A DNA stretch of 29,433 nt, taken from positions 1 to 29,433 of IMG/VR virus record IMGVR_UViG_3300047453_000251; one strand, 5' to 3'. Below the pieces are notes generated by a model that saw only the letters and a list, made by a program, of their open reading frames with translations, was not told the DNA's origin and searched no databases. Positions 16,558-26,900 of this stretch are shown one piece after another. Position 1 is the first letter of the stretch; each line of letters starts with the position of its first letter. The translations under genes and the position numbers were made by a program. Source of the DNA: a virus. Its lineage: Duplodnaviria; Caudoviricetes.

Positions 16558-17141
16558 TATGCATATGCGCCTATATAGTCAGCAAAGTATACGCTACCGT
16601 TAGTTGTCCAAATTTCAAATATATGTACTTTAGAACTATTTGTTACAGGAGTTGACCAAAAACTTGATTCACTAAATTTAATTGTAACACTAGGGCTCCA
16701 CGCTATTGTATAAGATGCATCACTTGAAACTTCTAATATAACTTTTTGGTATGGACCAGCATATGCATAGCCAGTAATATCAAATGTAGCAGTGTTTGCA
16801 GTTGTGTTACTGCTTGATAATGAAATAGTATGATAGTCACCATCTGCAAAATCAATTTCAGTTCCAGTAGTTATATTCTTTTTAGTTTTAGTAAGTGCTT
16901 TTACGTTTGGATTTGCAATAGTAACTGTATTAGTAGACGACTGAACATATGTTACGTCCTCATCTTTTCTAACAATATTAGTTTCTATATCTTCTAATCT
17001 TGTTTTAACAGCATTATTGTTTGTATTGATAACAGTAAAGTTATCTCTAAATCCTTGGCTATCGTTGTCTTGCCCTGGTACTGGAAATTCTACATCCAAA
17101 TCTGTTATGTTAATTGGATTGTTTGCTGGTACGTCTGACAT
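16557..17141 (-). CDS. Probable virion/tail-associated protein
   Basis: FPVPGQDNDSQGFRDNF motif, short coiled coil, beta-rich C-terminus; late motif upstream. Confidence 0.6.
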   Translation of the reverse strand: MSDVPANNPINITDLDVEFPVPGQDNDSQGFRDNFTVINTNNNAVKTRLEDIETNIVRKDEDVTYVQSSTNTVTIANPNVKALTKTKKNITTGTEIDFADGDYHTISLSSSNTTANTATFDITGYAYAGPYQKVILEVSSDASYTIAWSPSVTIKFSESSFWSTPVTNSSKVHIFEIWTTNGSVYFADYIGAYA

Positions 17142-17163
17142 AATCTATATTCTCCTGTTGCAG

Positions 17164-17171
17164 TATTTATC
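17164..17171 (-). promoter_or_regulatory. Late-promoter-like GATAAATA
   Basis: Intergenic, about 23 nt upstream of 17141. Confidence 0.65.
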
Positions 17172-17175
17172 GTAG

Positions 17176-20133
17176 TTAGACGTTAAAGTCGTAATTTGCG
17201 AATAGTATATACTGATCGTTGCTGTTTCCTCTAGTGCTATCTATGATATATCTATCAACTTCAAAGTTAATTGATTTAAAATCAAATGCACTATTTTTTA
17301 TATTTAATAAAATTTCATCTGCTGTTCCTGGTTTACAGTAAGTTAATACTACTGCTGGCGTATATCCAAGAGCTTCAATATTGTTTTCTTGTGGTGTACG
17401 CATCCATAATGGTAAAAAGTTATTATCTGTTTCACCTACAGCGGCTATTCTATTTCTCATATTAGTTATGTTACTAATATATTTTTGTTGTTGTTTGTCC
17501 TCATCTACTTTAATTGCATCACTATCAATCTTAAGTGTATTGGTTATTGGTCTTTGTCTAATAGGACTATTGTCAACTACGCTACTTGTATTGTCAAGTG
17601 TTTCGTATTGTATGCTGTTTATTGTTCTATCAATTTTACTTTTTACTTTTAATGTTGATTGAACATTGCCTGAACTATGATCTTGTGGATCTATTACTTC
17701 AATGTATACAACTTCGTATACTGGTATTTTAGTTCCAAGTTCATATGCTACTGCTTTTTTAATACTACCAAATTTAAATTGTTTGCGTTTATGATTTTTG
17801 GCAGCCGCCGCAACAAACTTGTTCATGTCAACAGTTTCAATTCCTGCATACATTAACATTTTTAAATCAGACTGTGTTCCAAATCCTGTATCGTTTGGTC
17901 TGTAAATTTTTGCTGGATCAAAAACAATAGGATCACTAATAAAACTATTATATAAGAATTTTTGTTGCGATCCAAGAAATGCTTTAACTATAATGTTACT
18001 GAATACTAAATCATTAGGATCATTAATTACAATAGTAAAGTTTCTTCTAATAGCACTAAATCCATATTGATCTTCAGCTCTTGTTTTAAATGTGTAAGTT
18101 TTATCAATACTTGTAGTATTACCGTCAAACAACATATCGTTTGAATCAAATGTAGTTAAACCACTTACTGCAAATCCTGCGTACACTTCCCATTTTGCAG
18201 TATCACTTATAAACTCTGCTTGACTAGTGTGTGCAATTAAACATTTATATTTTGTTGAGCCTACTTTAACAATGTCATCACTAACATATGCTCTGTTTGT
18301 TTTCCAAAAACTTTTATATCTGTTTTCACCAAACTGTTGTACCTTACCAAATATTTCACCGTCGAGTGCTAAAGATAATCCTGGTGGCAATCTGCCTTCT
18401 TCTTTTATATATCTTACGTTTGCGCCTTGAACACTTGTAGTAGCATTTATACTAAATGTACTTGTTAGGTTAGCATTAATAGTTCCTAATGCTTTAGGAC
18501 TTATCCAATTAAGTGTACTATCTATTTTACCTAATAACTTAACTGTAAATGTTTTGTCTTTTGGTGAAGAGTTTGTATCTTCTTTGCCAGGTATTGTTAC
18601 AGTAGTTGTAAACGTTTCGTCTACATTTAAACGTGCATCTAATGCTTTTGTAAAAATTAAAACATCAAACAAATAACTTGCGTTATTAATTTCGCTTACT
18701 GTATATAATGTACCTTTAAGGTTAAAAGTTTTACCTTTTAGTTTAGCAAGATAAGGACTCTTCTTAATTCTTAGTGTGTACGCACCGCCGGCTTGTTTAA
18801 CTAAACTTTCGTTTGTTCCACTAGTAGGACCTGATGATGTAAATATTGTTCCAATATTATTATTTGCCGCACCAACAGTTGTATAATCTGTAGTACCATA
18901 TACACTTACAATTTCATAATTTTTACCTGCCTTCATTTTTGTTGCAGGAGTTCTATTCTGTGGGTATGTTGTTTCGTATACTTCGAAACTTAAATCTTCT
19001 GTGTTTGTTGCAGGACCAACATAACGTGTTGCTGTAACTGTAAACTTATACTCTTTAGTAACATTAGGCTGATAAGGAACTATGCCTGCTAGTTCGCCAG
19101 TGCCTGTATCTAGTGTCATACCTGGTGGTATAGAACTTTGACTACCGTCATCGTTTGTATCTTTTAATGCATATGTAATAAATCCTAATGTATTACTAGC
19201 ATCAATTGTATCAAGATATAATGTTACATAATTATCAGCTCTACGATAACCTAAGTCTGCAGGTGTAAGCCATATAGGTGTTCTTACAAAAGTTGCATCA
19301 GCACCAAATAAAGTGTTACCCGATTGCATAATAGTATTGTCTGAACGTAGGAAGTCATCACCTACAACATATATTCTAAACAATCTTTTTTGTATTGTGT
19401 CTCCGTCACTTACACTTACACGGAATTGATAGTTTCTATTTAATTTTTTAGGTGACTTAGTAGCAACACTTTTATCATAGAATTCAATATCATAATAAAA
19501 ACTGTCGTAACCATTTGCAGGCCTTGTACCAAAATCAAAAGGAAATGCACCATAAGGACTATCATCATAAAATCCTTGCTGTGCCGCTTTGTCTAATGCA
19601 AGTACAGGATCTACAACGCCAACAATTCTACCATCTCTAGTAAGTTGTATGCCTGGCGGTAATTCGCCATCGCCACTAGCAATAAAGTATTCTAGTGTTT
19701 CGCCTGCTTCTGTATCTGTATCAGTTGCAATTAATTGAAAGTCAATTGGCGCACTATCAAGTATGTAGTATGTTTCATTGTTTCCAATTGGAAGTGAACC
19801 TGCTGTAGTTCCCCATATAGGTTGATCAGCACCTTTAACGCTAACATTATATGTTCGGTCTTCGATGTTGCCATCTTTACTTGCTCGTAGAACAAATTTA
19901 AAATCTGTTTCTCGTGCTACTTCTAAAGGTGTTCCCTGAAGTGTTCCTTCTTTAATTCTAAGTCCTGGGGGCAAACTTCCGCTTATAATACTAATAGTGC
20001 TACCAGTTATTACACCTAAATCAATAGGCAACAGGCCAGCCGATCTATTTTCACCCGTTTTAGCTGGGCGAAGTGTCTGACCTTCTTCTACTTCTCGAAG
20101 AGTAATGTTATTTGCTAGTGTCCACAGAGCCAT
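17176..20133 (-). CDS. Large structural protein (probable baseplate component) with Ig-like (He_PIG-type) repeats
   Basis: SGSLPPGL, GELPPGIQL, SIPPGMTL, GRLPPGLSL repeats; structural context. Confidence 0.7.
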   Translation of the reverse strand: MALWTLANNITLREVEEGQTLRPAKTGENRSAGLLPIDLGVITGSTISIISGSLPPGLRIKEGTLQGTPLEVARETDFKFVLRASKDGNIEDRTYNVSVKGADQPIWGTTAGSLPIGNNETYYILDSAPIDFQLIATDTDTEAGETLEYFIASGDGELPPGIQLTRDGRIVGVVDPVLALDKAAQQGFYDDSPYGAFPFDFGTRPANGYDSFYYDIEFYDKSVATKSPKKLNRNYQFRVSVSDGDTIQKRLFRIYVVGDDFLRSDNTIMQSGNTLFGADATFVRTPIWLTPADLGYRRADNYVTLYLDTIDASNTLGFITYALKDTNDDGSQSSIPPGMTLDTGTGELAGIVPYQPNVTKEYKFTVTATRYVGPATNTEDLSFEVYETTYPQNRTPATKMKAGKNYEIVSVYGTTDYTTVGAANNNIGTIFTSSGPTSGTNESLVKQAGGAYTLRIKKSPYLAKLKGKTFNLKGTLYTVSEINNASYLFDVLIFTKALDARLNVDETFTTTVTIPGKEDTNSSPKDKTFTVKLLGKIDSTLNWISPKALGTINANLTSTFSINATTSVQGANVRYIKEEGRLPPGLSLALDGEIFGKVQQFGENRYKSFWKTNRAYVSDDIVKVGSTKYKCLIAHTSQAEFISDTAKWEVYAGFAVSGLTTFDSNDMLFDGNTTSIDKTYTFKTRAEDQYGFSAIRRNFTIVINDPNDLVFSNIIVKAFLGSQQKFLYNSFISDPIVFDPAKIYRPNDTGFGTQSDLKMLMYAGIETVDMNKFVAAAAKNHKRKQFKFGSIKKAVAYELGTKIPVYEVVYIEVIDPQDHSSGNVQSTLKVKSKIDRTINSIQYETLDNTSSVVDNSPIRQRPITNTLKIDSDAIKVDEDKQQQKYISNITNMRNRIAAVGETDNNFLPLWMRTPQENNIEALGYTPAVVLTYCKPGTADEILLNIKNSAFDFKSINFEVDRYIIDSTRGNSNDQYILFANYDFNV

Positions 20134-20155
20134 ACAAAAAATCCTTTATATAGCA

Positions 20156-20163
20156 TATTTATC
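20156..20163 (-). promoter_or_regulatory. Late-promoter-like GATAAATA
   Basis: Intergenic, about 23 nt upstream of 20133. Confidence 0.65.
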
Positions 20164-20173
20164 GTCTCTTGAC

Positions 20174-20896
20174 TTACAATCCGTCGCCAAGATCTAAACT
20201 TACATTTGTGCCGCCACCTGCAATAGCACCAAAGTCTACAACTGCTGTTTGGAACATAAAGTCGTATAAGTTAGTTACTGTAACAGGCGTAATAGATCCA
20301 AAGTTCCAACTGTTTGTAGGTTCTTTATAATAGTTAAGATCTCTTATATCAATGTTATGTACATTACCTGTTAAGTCGCCTGCAAAGTTTGCTGTTACTG
20401 TTGTTGCGTTTATTAAACCAACGTTACCTAAATTGTATCCGTCGGCGTTAAGGCCTGCCGCAAGTCTTGGTGCTGGGTCATCTTGTAATGATCCTAACGC
20501 ACTTGAGTCGATAGTAATATTGCTACCATTTACTGTTGTTGAAATAAGTGTTCCACCTTGGACTGTGTAACCATTATTTTCTGTTACTGTTAAACTACCA
20601 GTATCGGCAGCCACAATAAATTGTGTAACACCTGCATCAACGTTTACAGTAATTTCATTATCTGTAGATGCTAGTGTTACATTGTTTCCGCCTACTAATG
20701 ATTTAAATTGTAATTCGGCAACATTTGAACTGGCATATAATCCTTCGCCACTTCCTAAATTAAGAACAGTAGTTGCTTCTGGTGTTCTTAAATCTAGATC
20801 GTTAAAGTTAAAAACAACTTTTTCAAATGCTTCTCTTAGATCATCACCTGTGCCGTCATTTGCAACTCCGCCTAGGTTTATAGTTTTTAGTGCCAT
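20174..20896 (-). CDS. Baseplate/fibre protein with T4 gp9/gp10-like N-terminal motif
   Basis: INLGGVANDGTGDDLREAFEKVVFNF. Confidence 0.75.
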   Translation of the reverse strand: MALKTINLGGVANDGTGDDLREAFEKVVFNFNDLDLRTPEATTVLNLGSGEGLYASSNVAELQFKSLVGGNNVTLASTDNEITVNVDAGVTQFIVAADTGSLTVTENNGYTVQGGTLISTTVNGSNITIDSSALGSLQDDPAPRLAAGLNADGYNLGNVGLINATTVTANFAGDLTGNVHNIDIRDLNYYKEPTNSWNFGSITPVTVTNLYDFMFQTAVVDFGAIAGGGTNVSLDLGDGL

Positions 20897-20915
20897 GTTT
20901 GTCTCCGCTTTACTA

Positions 20916-20923
20916 TATTTATT
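20916..20923 (-). promoter_or_regulatory. Late-promoter-like AATAAATA
   Basis: About 20 nt upstream of 20896. Confidence 0.55.
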
Positions 20924-23900
20924 ACATACGTCCTACAACTACTTCAATGACACCTTTGCCATCGCTGTCTTTGCTTTCGACTGCTTTACCAATTACTGTA
21001 CCTAGTTTAGGATCATTATCAACCATTGCATAACCTGGTATTGCACTTGTTACAAGCATGTCACCTTTTTCAACAGTGCCAATAACTTTACAAGGTACAC
21101 GCCCTGTTAGTGCCAGTTCAACAACTGTATCACCTTTTAGTGCATTGTTCATTAAGTATGCAGGATCTGTTGAAACAACACCTGCAACCTTACGATCACC
21201 TTTTGCTGTACAAATTGTAACTTCATTGTCGCCACCAAATACTAATACTGTACCTGGCTCGTATGCTTGATCACCTACATATTTCTCAGCCAAGTCAGCA
21301 AAGTTAGCTGAACTTGCTGTACCACTAAAGTTAGTTGCTGTTAGTGTTGAATCACTAGGTCTGTATTTTAAACCATTTCCACCATCTTTATCAATGCTTA
21401 GTGATTGTGATGCACCGTTTGAATCTGTAAATGTAATAAAATAGTCACTAGCACTAGAGTTAGTATTAGAAACTGCTATATTTGCACTTGCACCATTTGA
21501 TACTGCATTAGCAACATCAGTTGTAGTTGCATAGTTATTATTACTAAGATATGTTGATACTCTAGTGTCTGTGTAGTATAAGTTAGTACCTTCTGATAAG
21601 TCAGCAGTATCATGGTTTGATAAACTAGATACTTGACCAGTAACGTCTCCAGTAAATGTAGCATCGTCTCCATCAGTTCCTGCTTCAAGTATTTTACTTG
21701 TTCCGTCACTTGCGTAAATGTCTGCTGTTAATAATCCAATACTACTTAAATTGCTACTACCAATGTTAATTGTATCTGCGCCAAGTTGACCGTTTAATGT
21801 TAAGTTACCGTTACTTGGATTCAGTTTAAAGTTAGCAGTAGTAAATGCCGCATGTCCTGTTCTAGATGTATGAGCTGGGTTACTTGTTACCCATAGTGGA
21901 TAAACATCTGCATCTGTTGCAGTACCATCTTCCTGCGATGATTGAAGTGTGTCTGCAACACCTGCAGTATCAACACCACCTGTTAATGGACCATTAAACT
22001 TACCATAGAACACACTAGCGTTAGCATCTGAGCCAGCTAGTACTGTACCTACATCAACAATTACGTTACCACTACTGTCTTTAATATCACCGTGATGTGT
22101 ACCATAGTTATCAGTAACATATGCTTTACTCCAAGGAGTACCACTTGTACCAAGAGTCTCTGTATTATTTGCTACTATGTTAGCACTAGATGTTATTGTA
22201 TCACTAATTACAAGTCTATTAGCAGTTGTACTTACGCCACTTGCTGTAGCAAACACAATATTACTTCTCTCGCCGGAGTTAGTTACTTCAGTAGCATTTG
22301 CAGTAATAGTTGATTTTATTTGATCTAGTGTAGTTGATACTGCACCATTACTTTGGAAAGTAATAACACCTAAGTCATCACCACCAGCAACATTGTCAGT
22401 TGTTTTTTGGAATTTTAAATTAAATCCTGCCGCACCGTTATCATCAAGTCTAAGTTCTAATACTTCGTCAGTGATAATAGCGTTTGTTGTAATAGTATCT
22501 GTAACTGCATTTCCTAATTCAATGTTACCATTAAACGCAACATTACCAGTAACAGTTAAGTCATTATCAATTAGAACATTGTTACTAAATTGAGCATTAC
22601 CATCATTTTCCATATCGAAAGTTAATGCGTCAAACATAGTACCGGCATCGTTGCCACGTATACTTAATATTTTATCTTGTTCTAGATAATCTAGATTTAA
22701 ACCATTTGCAGTATTAGCAAACTTAAATATGTCAGCTGTTGCATCTTTAATTACAACGTCACCACCATTTGCATTAAGTTCAATGTCAAGCTCTGCATCT
22801 AATACAATGTTACCTGTTGCTTCAACAGTAAAGGCTTTTTCTGTTCCGTTAACATCAATAGTAAACGCACCCTGTGTTGTAAGCTCTTGAGCATCTTCAG
22901 TAGTAGCAAAGTTTAATCTTTCATCAGTACCGTCTTTGAATATAACATTCTCGCCAGCTGGGTTAAGTATAATGTCACCACCTGTACCAGGAGCAACTGT
23001 AACAGTTTCAATTTCAAAGTCACCGTTAGTTCTACTAATTTTATTACCATCAAACACACTGTCGTCAACTGTAATGCCAGCGTTTGCTGTAACAGCTTCA
23101 CTAACACCCAACGTACCAACAATACTAGTATTACCTGTATTACCTGCTACACTAAATTTAACATCTGTGCCATCAACAATATTAAATGAGTTATATACGC
23201 TAGTTGAACCGTTTAAAATTTTAACACGAGTTACTTCGTTAGTACCTAGTAAAATTTCTGTTTCTTTTACTTTAAATGCATCAGTATAACCAGCAACTAC
23301 TAAACCAATCTCTTTTACACCAGTGTGTCTACCACCAGCGCCAATTGATATACCAGTACCTTCACTTGTAAGTTCACCTGGTGCTTGAATGTAGTTTGTG
23401 TAAACCCAAGGTGTAACTAAGTATGGTTCACTATTTGATTGAGTAGGACCTTCAGTGTTCTGTTGGAAGTTACCTGCAAATCCACCATAGTTAATAGGAT
23501 CTTTAAGAATAGTTGTTGAACCAATTTGTACTGAAGCATTTGGTATGCTAACTGTACTCTTATCTGAAAGTGGTGTATTAGCTGATGGTGCAGTACCTTC
23601 AATTTGTATACTTAAATGATCGTTTGGAGTGTATATAGAAAGTGTGTCACTTTGTGTATCTAGTACTCTGCGACTATCTACTAATAAACCTCTAGGGTTA
23701 ATCCAACCACCTAAGTTAAGTGTATTATCTACACCTGAAATTGTGTCACCGTTTTTAAGTGTTCTAACTATACTATCGTCTGAACCTGTTTTACTAATTA
23801 TACTAGATCCATAAACTCCGTCACGTATTTTAACAAGTGCTGAGCCTAGTAAATTCTGTGAAGTAATAACTGATGTTGGAACACTTTGTGTACCTAATGC

Positions 23901-26900
23901 ACTACCACTTACAATTTGTAGTTGTCCTGTAGTATTAAATGTTCCTGCTGTATCTACAAGCACCAATTCGTTTTCAGTATTTACTGCACCTTGTATAGTA
24001 CCTGTAGCACCTGTGTTACCTACCTGTGTAATATTAGTACCGTCTGGTAAAGTAAGTTCTCCAGTAGTAACAATAATTGTACCTGAAACTTTTGTTAGTA
24101 CACTATCGTTAAAGTCTTTATCTTGTAGACCTCCACCTTCATCAACTACTAAACTAAATGGTATAGCTCTAGCAATACCACTTTCGCCTGCACCTTCTTG
24201 TTCACCATCAAAGTCAACATCAGCACGACCAATAAGTGTTTTCTCTGGTAAGTCTTGTATCTTATCAAAAGTAATACCACGGTCTTTAACATTTATAAAG
24301 CCTGTATTTAATATTGTATTAATAGTTGTATTACTTTGTGCATCAGCATCTTGTGTATAGTCACTTTGGTTAATAGATATTCTTGTAAGTCTATTTGCAC
24401 CAGCATTACCAATAGTAAATGCTGTTGATACTCTAACTTTAATTTGGTTAACGCCTGTGTCAGTAGCAACTACGTATGCTTCTTTTGCACCAGCAGTTTG
24501 TGTAATAACATCATTGACTGCTAGTGATGCAATAAACGCTGTAACGTCAGCACCTTGTAGTGTCCAAATTTGATCTTCAGCAAACACATCTGCATTAAAT
24601 GCCGCTAAACCTTGATTGGCTTGTTTTGTACGTTGTCCTGCTGTACTTGCATCTTCAAAGTTATTACTGTTAGTAAGTACAGGAGCATTATTCATATCAA
24701 GTTTTGATTGTATAATATCTGCTTCGTTGTTTACATCAGCATTAATAATACTTTGTGCTTGTAGTTGTAGGTTAACTTTAGTTGAACCTGGGTCTAATAA
24801 TTGACCATTGCTATCCATTGTACCACGTATACGCTCGACTGCAATGTTAACATCACTTCTTGTTGTACTTCCTGGTACGCCATCACCTGACAGATTTGAT
24901 TCACTTGCGTTTGCAAATTCTAATGTAGTTGTTACAACTGCACCATCAAAGCCGCCTGTTGTATTACCATATGCACCATCTGTATTCTCTATCTTTTCAT
25001 TACTAAAGTCTGATACAGTTGGTATTGTTATTGATAATGGGTAAACTGTTGTTGAAACTGCTGTACCAAACAAGTCTGTAATTGTTAATACGTTTGCACT
25101 ATTACCAGCAACAAATGTACCAGTTGTGTTAATTAAACGTATTTCATTACCTTGTGTTACTTGTCTATTTTCATTTGTTGTACTTTGATCTTGTTCCCAA
25201 AGTATTTCACCTGTAGCACCTGTGCCAGACTGTGTAACAGTAAATCCTCTTTGTGCTGTTAAGTTATTGTTAGCACCACTAGTTTGAATACTTGTAATTT
25301 GTAATGGTGAGTATGTTAGTACATATATTTCTTCACCGTTATCAAGTGTCTTGGCTTCTAGGTCTTCAATGTATGCCGCTGTTTCAGAAGCAACACCAGT
25401 AATTAATTGTCCAATTCTCCAATCATCTGGGTTACCAATTGTTTGTTTAACATAGACTCTTCTGTTACCTGTAAGTACTAATAAATCGTTTTTACCATAA
25501 TCATCTTCAAAACTAATATCATTTAGTTCAATGTCTTTAAGTTCTTGAACTTCGTCATTAGCAAAAACACGCTTATCAACATATTGTTTTGTAGTTGCAT
25601 CTAAGTCATCAGTTGGATCTGCTAACTGTACAAGTCTACCTGACTGCATGTTCAGTGTATGATTTGGATTGTTATTTGAATCTCTTGTAATTGTTAGTAT
25701 TGGATTCTTTTGTGGAAGGAAGCCATCACCTAAGAGTGCCGCCTTAACATTCATATTTCTATCAAATCCAAGACGTCTATCAATGTATTGTTCTACAGCA
25801 TATGATGTTGGAACTGTACTGTTATCAATTGGTGACATACCGTTATCACCAGTGAACTTACTAATTGTTTCACCATCTCTAAATCCTAGTCCGTCTAAGC
25901 CTGAGATATTAATTTGTGCCGCAAACTTAACTGTACCTGTACCTTGGTCAACTTCAAAGAACTTACCAACTCTAAAGAATCCATCTTCGTCTGTTGACAT
26001 AACAAACACACGCCCTTTGCCTCTTTCCCAAACTTGAGATTTTTCAGCTACGTCGGAGTTAGTATATGCTTCTGCTTTTGCTTCTGAAGGGTTACCAAAT
26101 AGTATGTTTGGATAGTTACTTGTGTTAAATCCACCAGTACCAATGTTACTAAAGTCATGTCCTGTTGCTCTGTTAAGTGAAATATTAACAGTAATACTTG
26201 CACCAATACCGTCCTGCGCACCAACACTTAAAACAACTTGTTGTGTACTACCTATGTCTAATGGACGAGCAATACCTGTACCTGGAGGTGTTGGATTTAC
26301 TTGTGTGTTCTTATCAACTAATGCCGCCGCACCAACTTCAAAGTATGGGAAGCCTGTTAATTGTGTTCCGGCTGCCGGAGTACCTTGTGTATTACCTTCA
26401 CCATCATGGTATGCTACAACAACATGTACTCTGTCTTTCCAACCAAATATCATTGAACCGCTGTTAAGTCTGCCCAAAGAATCTGCATCAGTTACAGGAC
26501 TTGTAAGAGCAACTTTTGTATCACCTGCTGTTGCACCGAATGTTGTAGTGTTACTAAATTCTACAATGTCTGTTACTGTTGTACTTGTTGCATTTATTGT
26601 AATAGAGCTTGTAGTAAATGATGTTCCGTTCCAATCACTTAGGTAAATTACAGTAGCACCTGCTTGTGATTCTGTAACAACACCACTTGCACTTCCTTGT
26701 GTAACTACATCACCACGTGTTACTGCAACTCCAGCACCTAGTGTTAGTTTAACTTGTGATTCAAATTTAGACTTTGCAACTGTTGCTAATATGTATTTGT
26801 AGTTGTCATCAAATGTTACAAGGTTAAATCCTGAAGGTAATGTTTGATCTGCTGTATCGCCCCATGATGAAATTGCTTGCTCATTAAATGCAAGTGATCT

